64,000 bases of DNA from an uncultured Alphaproteobacteria bacterium (GTDB lineage: Bacteria; Pseudomonadota; Alphaproteobacteria; Rhizobiales; Xanthobacteraceae), in contig CAWCVE010000003.1 in NCBI GenBank assembly GCA_963798825.1, forward strand, positions 19,250 through 83,249, given 5' to 3'. Below are positions 39,606 to 49,235 of this stretch, one piece after another (the stretch's first letter is position 1; the number at the start of each line of letters is the position of its first letter). A program made the translations under genes and the position numbers. The notes beneath the pieces are model-generated. The model saw only the letters and a list, made by a program, of their open reading frames with translations. It was not told the DNA's origin and ran no database searches.

Positions 39606-39897
39606 AGGATTTCTCCCGGGTTCGAGCGCCACTACTAATCCATAAGATAGTCAGTAAGATTCTGAAGTCGATAGGCAGACAACGGCGCTCACCCCACGCC
39701 GCATAGGGTCGTTTACGTCATTACAGGCGCGGGCCAAAGCTGGCCATGCCCGCTATGCCCCCAATAGCGACCAAACTTTTGCGGTGCCGCGATTGTCCGC
39801 TAAGTGCCAATCGCGTCATTCGCTGCGACGCAAAATTCATGTCACTCGCATGCCGCTGGAGGAGCCGTCCACAGTATCAATAACGGACATCGGCGGG

Positions 39898-41466
39898 TTA
39901 CACTAAAACTGAGTTTGGAAACTCAAAGTCTTTCGCAATCGAAAATGTTAACTCCCCTACCGAATAAAGATCGCGCTTAAGCTTTGATACACAGCTGAAA
40001 AACGAATCAGAAATTCTGTCTTCTTTCGGAAAGAACCGATCATGAAGTTCAATTACGATCAATGGCGTTCGATCCACCCATTCGGTGTTTCTAGAAAATA
40101 AATCTTTTTCTGCCCCTTCAATATCGATTTTTACGATAAAGGGAATGGAGTCCGAATGAAAGGATTCGTAAATCTGATTTATAGTGATCTGCGGAACAGT
40201 ATTTGACAACCGATCGTTAGGATCGACCGATTTAGTTCTGTATGCCCAAGGCCCCAGGCCCGGATCAACAACAGTTGCTAACCCCGAACATGCGGCAATT
40301 GCGCCAAAAATGGATGTAACATTTAATCCAGATACGTTCTGCGCGAGCAATGCAAAGTTATCCCGCTCTGGCTCGATCGCGACCACTAGTCCCTTGGGAA
40401 ATCCAATCGAAAAGTAGAGGGCAGATGCGCCGATATTCGCCCCAGCATCAATTATTAGTGGCCGAACCCCTTTTGATTGTTGAAACTCTGCGAAGGCAGC
40501 CAGCTGTGGAAATTGTTGGAGGGATCTTAGGTCGTACATTTTTTCGACGAAAATTTGCTTAAGAACCGCCGCGTCAACCGTGTCTAAACGAAAATGGAAT
40601 AATCTGGACGCGTTTCCAATTTCAATTTTTGTAGAAGCGTAGGCCGGGCGAGCGAAAGTTTTCTCGATCCCTTCCGGGAGCAGGTCACGGTGGTGTAACT
40701 CGGCAACCTCGTTTAGTCGAAGCCACGGATGGCGCTTCATCATTTCTAATCTGAGCTGTTTTTCATTTGGATTTGTCGTTTGACGTAGCAACGATAATCT
40801 ATGCACACGGTATCGACACAAAATTTCCGGCACAAATACGCCTCTAAATCCAAGTTCAACAAACTTGCACCATAGATCGTAATCTTCCCATCCTGGGATT
40901 TCAAAATAGCTGTAACCACCCGCCGCCAGCCATGCCGATTTCTTGATGAGTGCCATTGCATCGATGTAATTACCTCGCGCAAAACCCGTAGGATTCCAAA
41001 AGTCACCGGTAAGTATACCCAACTCGCCGCCGAATTTTTCGATTTGGCTGTATGCAGTTTCTGCACCTGATGAAATGCAGGCCGACAGTAACTTAGCAAT
41101 TGCATCAGAATAAATTTCGTTGTCAGCGTCTAGCACAAATACGTAATCATTTCTTGCATTTGCAAAAGCTGTGTTGCGTGCCTGCGATACGCCACAATTG
41201 CTGAGATGCGACAGTAATTTTGCTTGACTGAACCGTGCACCATTTTGTTTCAGCCACGTTCGTCCTATGGCTAGAGAACTATCTTGTGATGCGTCATCAA
41301 CAACAATAAGCTCAATGTTGGAATGAGTTTGACGAAAAACACTATCAAGGGCATTTTTGATATAGGCTTCGTAATTGTATAATGTAACGATGACGGTAAC
41401 ACCGATTCCTTTTACATGTCGCGCCTCGGTCTCGATGACGATTTCGGTTTTAACTTGGTTTTTCAT
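39898..41466 (-). CDS. fusion protein: N-terminal GT2 glycosyltransferase + C-terminal FkbM-family methyltransferase
   Basis: The GT2 part has VTVIVTLYNYEAYIKNALDSV..LIVVDDASQD..FVLDADN. The FkbM part has IIDAGANIGASALYF...VKIDIEGAE. Confidence 0.8.
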   Translation of the reverse strand: MKNQVKTEIVIETEARHVKGIGVTVIVTLYNYEAYIKNALDSVFRQTHSNIELIVVDDASQDSSLAIGRTWLKQNGARFSQAKLLSHLSNCGVSQARNTAFANARNDYVFVLDADNEIYSDAIAKLLSACISSGAETAYSQIEKFGGELGILTGDFWNPTGFARGNYIDAMALIKKSAWLAAGGYSYFEIPGWEDYDLWCKFVELGFRGVFVPEILCRYRVHRLSLLRQTTNPNEKQLRLEMMKRHPWLRLNEVAELHHRDLLPEGIEKTFARPAYASTKIEIGNASRLFHFRLDTVDAAVLKQIFVEKMYDLRSLQQFPQLAAFAEFQQSKGVRPLIIDAGANIGASALYFSIGFPKGLVVAIEPERDNFALLAQNVSGLNVTSIFGAIAACSGLATVVDPGLGPWAYRTKSVDPNDRLSNTVPQITINQIYESFHSDSIPFIVKIDIEGAEKDLFSRNTEWVDRTPLIVIELHDRFFPKEDRISDSFFSCVSKLKRDLYSVGELTFSIAKDFEFPNSVLV

Positions 41467-42101
41467 TTTGAATGGGGTTACTTTGGATTTGCAAGGCGGA
41501 TGCTTCTTACTGACGCGATAGGAGTGTTATTGCATTGCCGCAATGCACAGCCAATGTCCGCTTTGGGTCATGTGTGGACGGCGCCTGATTGGCAAGAGCT
41601 TTTTTGACGTTGCTGCAGCATTGGTCGGTGCGGTCATGTGTCCGGCCTGTTTGTGCGGCGTGCATGGCCGCTGGCCATAATGCTTTTCGCGGATCGGGTC
41701 CCAATCGTAAGCCCGCACTCAAAGGTGCTATGACCCATACGGGTTCTCCCGATCCATCGATCGACCTTGTCTGCATTACGTCGTTTGCCCTCACCAATAC
41801 GTTTGGCCAATCTGCGCGCTGGCATTCTTCATGTTGCCAACGTCAGCATTGGCTCGTTGTATCTCTCCTTTCGACCCAACCATCCTACGCCATCTCGATG
41901 CCGCAGCGTAGACGCCGTCCACAGCATCATAAGCGGACAAACCGTCCCGAGCCGAAATCCGGCGAATGTCCGCTTTGCCAAAAGATGGGGTACTCGGCCG
42001 GCAGCTTGTGGATAGCTGAAGATTTTGGGTGCTGCGCTTCAGGCTGATGGTGAAACGAGGTCCGTGGTTACGGCCTCAAGCATCAGAAGGAGAAGCGCAG
42101 C

Positions 42102-43139
42102 ATGGACCATTTTGCTGGACTGGACGTATCAGTCAAGGAAACAAGCATCTGCATTGTGGATGACACGGGTAGGATCGTTCGAGAAGTGAAGGTTGCGAGT
42201 GAGCCGGAAGCTCTGCTGCAGGTATTGAGCAACCCCAGCTACCATTTCAAGCGGATCGGGCTAGAAGCCGGGCCATTATCGCAATGGCTGTTCAGTGCAC
42301 TTGCCGAAGCGGGCTTGCCAGCGGTCTGTGTTGAGACGCGGCATATGCGGGCGGTGTTGAAGGCGCAGATCAACAAGACCGACCGCAACGACGCCCGCGG
42401 CATGGCGCAGATGATGCGGGCGGGGCTTTACCGGCCGGTTCATGTAAAGACGCTGCGCAGCCAGAAGCTGCGGATGCTGCTGACCCACCGCAAGCTGCTG
42501 CAGTCGAAGGCCATCGCCATCGACAATGATCTGCGCGGCACTTTGCGCAACTTCGGCCTCAAGGTGGGTGTGGTCGGGACGTTGAAGTTCGAGACCCGCA
42601 TCAAGGAACTGGTCGAGAACTTGCCCGATCTGGCTGTTCTGGTCGAACCGCTACTCGTCGTCCGGCGGGTGCTGCGCGAGCAGATCGGGATCCTGCACCG
42701 TCGCTTGCTGGCCATCGTGCGGGACGATGAGGTGTGCCGGCGACTGATGACGGTCCCCGGCGTCGGCCCGGTGGTGGCGCTAACCTATCGCGCCACTGTC
42801 GACGTGCCGGCGCGCTTTCGTAACTCCAAGTCGGTCGGGGCGGTGTTCGGATTGACGCCTGCCCAGCATCAATCGGGCGAAAGCGAACGACCTGGAGCGA
42901 TATCAAAGTGCGGAGACGAGATGATGCGGGTGATGCTCTACGAAGCAGCCCAGGTCATGCTGACCCGCACCAACAAGTGGTCCTGGCTCAAGGCCTGGGC
43001 GATGAAGATCGCCAGGCGCCGCGGGATGAAGAAGGCGATCGTGGCCTTGGCCCGCCGGCTCGCTGTGATCATGCACCGCATATGGGTCGACGGCACCGAG
43101 TTCCGCTGGAACCGGGAGCAAGCCGCGGCAGCTGCATGA
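42102..43139 (+). CDS. IS110-family transposase (DEDD recombinase)
   Basis: MDHFAGLDVSVKETSICIVD N-terminus, a TVPGVGPVVALTY helix-hairpin-helix region, and SGESERPGAISKCGD. Element ends are not resolved. Confidence 0.9.
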   Translation: MDHFAGLDVSVKETSICIVDDTGRIVREVKVASEPEALLQVLSNPSYHFKRIGLEAGPLSQWLFSALAEAGLPAVCVETRHMRAVLKAQINKTDRNDARGMAQMMRAGLYRPVHVKTLRSQKLRMLLTHRKLLQSKAIAIDNDLRGTLRNFGLKVGVVGTLKFETRIKELVENLPDLAVLVEPLLVVRRVLREQIGILHRRLLAIVRDDEVCRRLMTVPGVGPVVALTYRATVDVPARFRNSKSVGAVFGLTPAQHQSGESERPGAISKCGDEMMRVMLYEAAQVMLTRTNKWSWLKAWAMKIARRRGMKKAIVALARRLAVIMHRIWVDGTEFRWNREQAAAAA

Positions 43140-43661
43140 AAGCAGTGCAGGATCACATGCGATAGGAGAAAAATCGAGTTCCACCGAGCGGTGGAAAGAT
43201 GTCCCTCACGGGACGATGGATGAGGTGAGTTCGTGAGTCCGCTTGGACCTGCCGTTACACTGACGGCAAGGCCGCCCAAAAGATTGTTCCACCTCGTCTT
43301 CGAATCCCATGATGGAAGGGCCTTGGTGCCGATTCCGAAGAGAAGCACGAGCCCGTGAGCGACATCGACACCGTAGCAGTAGACAGTCTGAAAGCGCTTG
43401 ACCCCGAACGGCCGATTAGAGAAGCGGACATTGCCAACCGAATACCGCCTAGACGCACCGGGAATATATGCATACCTTAGACTAGGATTATCGATGCGCG
43501 AGCACGGCATGAACCACGGCGGACACCCTTGGCTCGGTCGCAGCCTCGGTTCGATTATGGGATTGCTAGCGCGGCCAAGCCCGCAAGGAGCGCTGCAAGG
43601 CAGGCCGAGCGATCTGTGAGGTTTTCAAAGCGACAGTCCACGCGCCCGCGCTGAGGAAAAT

Positions 43662-43940
43662 TTGCTTGGTTTGTCGCCTGTAATGCCTGCCGCCGAAATC
43701 GTGCGGGCGTTGCGCTGTATTCGATACGACCACGATCAGCGTCACAGCAAGCACCGCGTTCCGATTGCCGCGCTGGCTCAATTGGCCGGTATGAGCGGGC
43801 AATCCGTATATGAGGTGATCAGGCAGGGGCGAATTTCCGAGCGTCATCGCGCCAAACTATCCCTGACAGTGGCCGCTATATGGGATGGCCGCTTGAGCTT
43901 CCAAAGACACCGCCAACGTTGGCAGGCCGTATATCGGTAG
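43662..43940 (+). CDS. hypothetical protein with possible HTH
   Basis: 92-aa ORF with IAALAQLAGMSGQSVYEVIRQGRIS resembling a helix-turn-helix. Weak support. Confidence 0.3.
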   Translation: MLGLSPVMPAAEIVRALRCIRYDHDQRHSKHRVPIAALAQLAGMSGQSVYEVIRQGRISERHRAKLSLTVAAIWDGRLSFQRHRQRWQAVYR

Positions 43941-44086
43941 CAACCACGGCGCATGTACTCACCACGCCGCATTTTCCTTCCTAACCCTACTAAATTACTA
44001 GTCCCACGTTAGAGAAGTGCGCCGTGTGCCTTGGTTCAGAAAAGACCGATCAAGCAATGCAACCTGTCTTGGAGAGGACATTCAAA

Positions 44087-44292
44087 ATGCGTGCACTTAT
44101 TCTTGCGGCGATCGTTGCCGCGGGCATCGGCTTCATCGGGACGTCTGGCGCGTCGGCCGCGCCGGCGAGCGGCGTCACATCGATGAGTCGGCCACCGCAC
44201 ACAGCGCGGTTGTGAAGGCTCACTGGAACGGACGCAGCCGCTGGCGGCACCGTTGCCATTATGCCTGCCGCAGCTGGGGCCGTTGCTGGTAA
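44087..44292 (+). pseudogene. small secreted Trp/Arg/His/Cys-rich peptide, apparent 1-nt deletion near 44174-44182
   Basis: GGAGAGG RBS. MRALILAAIVAAGIGFIGTSGASAAPASGVT is in one frame, and the continuation IDESATAHSAVVKAHWNGRSRWRHRCHYACRSWGRCW* is in the -1 frame. The span is 206 nt, which is 3n+2. Confidence 0.4.
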
Positions 44293-44487
44293 ATTTGCGT
44301 AGACTTTAACTTCGTGAAGGATGAGCCAGACGAAAAATGTCCGGCTCATTTTTTCGGCCGCCTTTGCGCCGCATCCGCCTTGCGGCGGCTTAGGCTGTCC
44401 CCACCCGCCGAGCTTGCGTAGGTTGGAAGGCCGCATTGTTTCGCTCGGGCCCGAACGCAAATCCTGCTGTTCGTGATTGAGAATAAA

Positions 44488-45472
44488 TCATCCGTAATAG
44501 GCAACATCGGAAATATGCGGACGGCCGGCGTAGCGGTCGACGCGGTCAAATTCCCGCAGCTCCTTATAGATCAAATACGCTCCGATCGAGTACCGCATTT
44601 TGCCGTCCGCCGAGCCGGTCGATCCTGCCCTTCAGATTCGGCTGCACCTTGAGGATGGCATCGCGAAGCGCCTCACCCTCGATGAAATTGTCCGGCAGCT
44701 GGTCGAACGGCCCGTCGAAATAATTATTGACGTCGACATTTTCACCGTAGATCCCGATCAGGATTTTCCGGTCGCGCCGCCGGTCGCGATAAAATACAAA
44801 CCCCGTGCTCTTGCCGACCAGGATGCGGTCGCCGCGCGGCCCCGTTGCAAAGTCATCCGTGACGTCCACAGTTTCGTCGAGGATGTAGAGAAAATTGTTG
44901 ATCGCGGCATTGTAGACCAGAAAAAACCTGACGCCCGAGTCGTCGAATACCGGACCGATAAATGTTTCCTTCGGCGCCAACGCGTCCGCCGGCGGTTTCA
45001 CCCGCGACAGGTCGTTGAGCTCGAAGATGACGCTTTTGCCGCCGTACGTCATTTGGTAGACGAAACGTTCGAGCTTCTCCAGCTTGACGCCGTTCGACGC
45101 GTCAAGCGCTTGAAAAAAGCCCGGCGTCTCTTCGAGCCAGCCCGACATTTGCTCGTAATAGGCAAACTGCACCTTGCCCTTGTCGCGGTCGCCGGCGCTG
45201 AGGCGAATGTCGCCGGCATAGTCCACGCCGTTATGCGTGAAGGTGAAATAATAGTAGTTCTCCGTCGGATAGACATTCACGCGGTCGGGCAGGCTGTTGA
45301 ATACGAAGGCAAAGACCTTCATCGGATCTGCGACATCGAGCGTCGTCGGCTGCAGCACCTGCCCCATGTAGGACTGGTGGGTGTGCAGTTGCGGCACGGG
45401 CGGCTGCGCGGCCGCCGCACTCGCTGCTAACGCCGCGACCGCAATCAAGAACACTCGATATCCGCGGGCCAT
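44488..45472 (-). CDS. conserved secreted hypothetical protein (possible 1-nt insertion near 44600-44612; uninterrupted ORF ends at 44564)
   Basis: Start at MARGYRVFLIAVAALAASAAAA (signal peptide). After ...RIDRLGG the GC3-rich continuation GKMRYSIGAYLIYKELREFDRVDRYAGRPHISDVAYYG* lies in the +1 frame. The span is 985 nt, which is 3n+1. Confidence 0.55.
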
Positions 45473-45489
45473 TGCAGGTCCCTTTAATG

Positions 45490-46224
45490 TTACGCCACGC
45501 TCGGCAGCGCCCGCCCTAGCGCCGCGATGAAATGCGCCCGCTCGTCGGAAAGCTTGAGCCCGCGCGGCTCCAGTACGTGGCGCGCGAGGAAATAGCCGGT
45601 GAGCGCAAAGCCGTCGGCGAGATCGCGCCCGGGGGACCCGGCCGTGGGATCGCGCAGGAAGGCCGGCAGCCGCAGCATCTTGTCCGCCCACGGCTCGCCC
45701 GCCTCGCGCGAGACCGCCCGCCCCGACTTCGGCGACACGTAAATCAGGTCGGCGCGCGAACCGGTCGAAGCGCATTGATCGAGATCGAGGCCGAAGCCGA
45801 GTTCGGACAACAACTGAAATTCGAAGCGCACCACCAAAGGTGCCGCCAGCACCGGGTCCTCGAGCCGGTCGAGCACCTGCTCGAACACCGCAAAAAGGCC
45901 GGCATGCGGGTCGCGCTCCGGCAACAGCCGCATCATCGCGGCCAGATGGCTGACGCCATAAATCGCGTGCGGGCTGCCGAAAAAATCCGACGCGCGCTGG
46001 CGCAGCGGCTCGATGGTGTAATTGCCGAGATGCTCGTCGAGCCGTGCCCGCCAGCTCGCGCTGACGGAATTGCCGGTCTGCAAGATCGGCTTCATGCGCG
46101 AGCCGAAGCCGCCGCGCACCAGCCCGAGATGGCGGCCATGGTCGCGCGTCATCAGTTCGAGGACGGCGTTCGCCTCCCCGTGCCGCCTGACGCCGATCAC
46201 GATGCCTTCATCGGTCCATTGCAT
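45490..46224 (-). CDS. recO: DNA repair protein RecO
   Basis: [26 protein letters not shown]... 244 aa. Lies in the recO-era-rnc-lepB synteny. Confidence 0.9.
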   Translation of the reverse strand: MQWTDEGIVIGVRRHGEANAVLELMTRDHGRHLGLVRGGFGSRMKPILQTGNSVSASWRARLDEHLGNYTIEPLRQRASDFFGSPHAIYGVSHLAAMMRLLPERDPHAGLFAVFEQVLDRLEDPVLAAPLVVRFEFQLLSELGFGLDLDQCASTGSRADLIYVSPKSGRAVSREAGEPWADKMLRLPAFLRDPTAGSPGRDLADGFALTGYFLARHVLEPRGLKLSDERAHFIAALGRALPSVA

Positions 46225-46272
46225 GCCGCCTGCATACTCCGGGAATCGGGGAAAATCACGGCGACTAACACG

Positions 46273-47187
46273 CTATTCTTTGGGAAACTCCAGCCCCATG
46301 GCCCGGTAGCGTTCCGGGTCGTCGCCCCAGCCCTCGCGCACTTTTACGAACAGAAACAAGTGCACCTTGTGCTCGACGATCTCGGCGATTTTGCGCCGCG
46401 CCGCCTCGCCGATCGACTTGAGCGTCTGCCCGCCTTTGCCAATCACGATCTTGCGCTGGCTCTCGCGCTCCACATAAATGGTCTGCTCGATACGGATATC
46501 GCCACCGCGCAGTTCCTTCCACGCTTCGGTCTCGACCGTGGAATGATAGGGCAATTCCTGGTGCAGCCGCTCGAACAGTTTCTCGCGCGTGATCTCGGCC
46601 GCCAGTTGCCGCAGCGGCGCGTCCGACATCTGATCGGGCGGGTAAAGCCAGGGGCTTGCCGGCATGCGCGCGGCGAGCCAGATCTTGAGATCGGCGACGC
46701 CGTCGCCGGTCAAGGCCGAAATCATAAAGGTCGCGTCGAACTTGGCCTTTTCGTTGGCGATCTTGGTCAGCAGCAGCAGCGTGTCGCGCGGCACCAGATC
46801 GATCTTGTTGAGGATCAGAATTTTCGCACGCTTCACCTCGGCGAGCCGCGCCAGCAGCGCTTCCGCTTCCTCGTCGACGCCCTTGCGCGCGTCGATCAGA
46901 ACGCCGGTGAGGTCGGCCTCGTGCGCCCCGCTCCAGGCCGTCGTCACCATGGCGCGGTCGAGCCGACGCTTGGGCGCGAAGATGCCCGGCGTGTCGACGA
47001 AGATAAGCTGCGATTGGCTTTCGAGCGCGATGCCGCGGATGAGCGCGCGCGTGGTCTGCACCTTGTGCGAGACGATGGTGACCTTGGAGCCAACCAGTGC
47101 GTTGAGCAACGTCGACTTGCCGGCATTGGGTGCGCCGATCAGCGCGACGAAGCCGCAGCGTGTGTCGCTTACAGGCTCAACCATCAA
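46273..47187 (-). CDS. era: GTPase Era
   Basis: G1 motif GAPNAGKST, DTPG and NKID motifs, and a C-terminal KH domain (VERESQRKIVIGKGG). Confidence 0.95.
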   Translation of the reverse strand: MMVEPVSDTRCGFVALIGAPNAGKSTLLNALVGSKVTIVSHKVQTTRALIRGIALESQSQLIFVDTPGIFAPKRRLDRAMVTTAWSGAHEADLTGVLIDARKGVDEEAEALLARLAEVKRAKILILNKIDLVPRDTLLLLTKIANEKAKFDATFMISALTGDGVADLKIWLAARMPASPWLYPPDQMSDAPLRQLAAEITREKLFERLHQELPYHSTVETEAWKELRGGDIRIEQTIYVERESQRKIVIGKGGQTLKSIGEAARRKIAEIVEHKVHLFLFVKVREGWGDDPERYRAMGLEFPKE

Positions 47188-47890
47188 GCTTGTCCACCGA
47201 AACGCCGACGCGGGTCAGCATGGCGGCGGCGGCGGCCTGTTCGGCGGCGCGCTTGGACGAACCCATGCCTTCGGCCGGCGGCCGGTCGGGCAGCACCACC
47301 GCGACGCGAAATTCCGGATCGTGATGCGGGCCGGTGCGCGCCAGTTCGCGGTAGGCCGGCGTCGGCAGCCCGCGCGCCTGCGCCCATTCCTGCAGCATGG
47401 TCTTGGGATCGCGCAACGGGCGTAGCGGCTTGAGCATGCGCTCCTTCCAGAAGCGCACGATCAGCTCGTCGGCCGCCTGATAGCCGCCGTCCGTAAACAC
47501 CGCGCCCACCAGCGCCTCGCAGACGTCCGCCAGGATGGTGGCGCGCAAACGCCCGCCCGCATGCGACTCCGAATTGCCGATCTTGAGTGCGGGACCGAGA
47601 TCCATCGCGCGCGCCACTTCCGCGCAGGTCTCCTTACGCACCAGGTCGGCAAGCCTGCGCGACAGCTCGCCCTCGTTCGCCTTCGGAAAGGCGCGGTAGA
47701 GCATGTCGGAAATGACCAGACCAAGCACGTGGTCGCCGAGGAATTCCAGGCGCTGGTAGCTGTTGGCGCGCGTCGCGCCGCCGGCCAGCGCGGAAATATG
47801 CGTGAGCGCGCGTTCGAGCAGCGCCTTATCGGCGAATTTGTAGCCGATCCGCTCCTCGAGCGCCGCTCTGTCCTTGGCCTTGCGGCTCAT
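47177..47890 (-). CDS. rnc: ribonuclease III
   Basis: NSYQRLEFLGDHVLGL catalytic signature plus a C-terminal dsRBD. Confidence 0.95.
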   Translation of the reverse strand: MSRKAKDRAALEERIGYKFADKALLERALTHISALAGGATRANSYQRLEFLGDHVLGLVISDMLYRAFPKANEGELSRRLADLVRKETCAEVARAMDLGPALKIGNSESHAGGRLRATILADVCEALVGAVFTDGGYQAADELIVRFWKERMLKPLRPLRDPKTMLQEWAQARGLPTPAYRELARTGPHHDPEFRVAVVLPDRPPAEGMGSSKRAAEQAAAAAMLTRVGVSVDKLDG

Positions 47891-48636
47891 CTGACGATCG
47901 TGAACAGCCTGCTCCAGCGCACCGATACCGGCCAGCGCCAGAATTCCCAGGCGCGCTCGCCCTCGTAGACCGAGAAGAAAATGATCTGCGCCTTGCCGAC
48001 GATATTCTCCAGCGGCACCGTGCCGACTTGGCTGAAGCGGCTGTCGGTCGAATTGTCGCGGTTGTCGCCCATCATGAAATATTCGCCGGGCGGTACAGTG
48101 TAGACCTGGGTATTGTCGGCAAAGCCGTTATCGACCAGGTCGAGCGTGTAGAAGCTCACGCCTTCCGGCAGCGTATCCTTCCAGCGCTTGACCGGGGCGG
48201 CGTGGGTGCCCTCCTCGGTCTCGATGAAAGGCGACGCTAGCTCGTGCTTGACCGGAACGCCGTTGATGCTGACGACGCCGCCGGTCACCTGGATTTTGTC
48301 GCCCGGCAGGCCGATCACGCGCTTGATGTAATCGGTCGAGGTATCCTTGGGCAGGCGGAAAACGACCACGTCGCCGCGCTGCGGCAGCCACCCGCTCGGA
48401 ACACGGCCAGAGAACAGCGGTGGCGACAAAGGCAGCGAAAAGTGGCTGTAACCGTATGAGTATTTCGACACGAACAGGTAATCGCCGACCAACAGTGTCG
48501 CCTTCATCGAGCCGGACGGGATGTTGAAGGGCTGAAACAGGAAGGTGCGGATCACCAGCGCGATGATCAGCGCATGAAAAATGACGCGGATTGTCTCGGC
48601 AACGCCGCCTTCTTTTCGTTTTGTTCCGGATGTCAC
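47887..48636 (-). CDS. lepB: signal peptidase I
   Basis: IPSGSMKATL, GDVVVFR, YIKRVIGLPGD and GDNRDNSTDSR boxes. Confidence 0.9.
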   Translation of the reverse strand: MTSGTKRKEGGVAETIRVIFHALIIALVIRTFLFQPFNIPSGSMKATLLVGDYLFVSKYSYGYSHFSLPLSPPLFSGRVPSGWLPQRGDVVVFRLPKDTSTDYIKRVIGLPGDKIQVTGGVVSINGVPVKHELASPFIETEEGTHAAPVKRWKDTLPEGVSFYTLDLVDNGFADNTQVYTVPPGEYFMMGDNRDNSTDSRFSQVGTVPLENIVGKAQIIFFSVYEGERAWEFWRWPVSVRWSRLFTIVR

Positions 48637-48767
48637 GCTCTTCGGCCTCTTGTCCCGCCATTACGGCGTGCACGCCCCGGCGATCTTGTAGCGGCTGCTC
48701 TTCCGGGGTGCAATCAAGAACGCCGGAGCAAACGGATAAGCACTTGGTTGGATTGCGTTTCCCGGCA

Positions 48768-49175
48768 CTATTTGGGTGTGCGCGGCAGCGTGGAAATGAT
48801 GACGATGGCCTGCGCGCTGGGGCCTTCGTCGGTCAGCGATACGTCGATCTGGGCCTCGCAACCGGCCGGCGTGATCGCCTGCAGCCGTTTGAGCGCGCCG
48901 CCGGTCAATTTCATGGTGGGCCGCCCGGAAGCGAGATTGACCACACCCATGTCGCGCCAGAACACGCCGCTGCGGAAGCCGGTGCCGAGCGCCTTGGAGC
49001 AGGCTTCCTTGGCGGCGAAACGCTTGGCGTAGGTCTCGACCGGTTTAGCGCGGCTTTCCGCCTTCGCGCGCTCGGTGGGCGTGAAAATGCGTCTGAGAAA
49101 ACGCTCGCCGTAGCGCTCGATGCTGCGCGCGATGCGCCGCACGTCGACCATGTCGGAGCCGAGCCCGATGATCAT
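48768..49175 (-). CDS. acpS: holo-[acyl-carrier-protein] synthase
   Basis: [15 protein letters not shown]...[14 protein letters not shown]. Start at ATG 49175, not the longer track ORF. Confidence 0.9.
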   Translation of the reverse strand: MIIGLGSDMVDVRRIARSIERYGERFLRRIFTPTERAKAESRAKPVETYAKRFAAKEACSKALGTGFRSGVFWRDMGVVNLASGRPTMKLTGGALKRLQAITPAGCEAQIDVSLTDEGPSAQAIVIISTLPRTPK

Positions 49176-49186
49176 GCTTTTTCCTT

Positions 49187-49235
49187 GAGCATGATCTTGT
49201 CCGAAAACCGGTGCCCACTTTTCGGGATCATGCTC
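49187..49235. repeat. dispersed ~49-bp palindromic intergenic element, copy 2
   Basis: GAGCATGATCTTGTCCGAAAACCGGTGCCCACTTTTCGGGATCATGCTC with 10-bp terminal inverted arms. It overlaps the pdxJ stop codon. Confidence 0.7.

Larger units (their letters stand above)
29585..41470. mobile_element. AT-rich genomic island (degraded; no integrase seen) with glycosyl/methyl-transferase cargo and IS elements
   Basis: Base composition drops abruptly right after parC and the tRNA-like site and recovers around the IS110 copy. IS481, IS3-remnant and IS110 genes are present, and codon usage is unlike the flanks. Boundaries are approximate. Confidence 0.6.

Noticed and set aside
39640-39897. Short Ser/Ala/Pro-rich mini-ORF motifs (TGTCCGCT... 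type), also at about 41545-41600 and 41950-41980
   Set aside because: They look like the dispersed non-coding repeat debris common around IS110/IS1111 elements in this family. There is no consistent ORF or RBS, so they are not called as genes.
43296-43312. TTCGAATCCCAT, resembling the tRNA-Lys T-arm (11/12 match), considered as the distal att repeat of the island
   Set aside because: The match is too short and imperfect, it does not extend into the acceptor/CCA part, and it lies inside the IS110 3' flank. A chance match is plausible.
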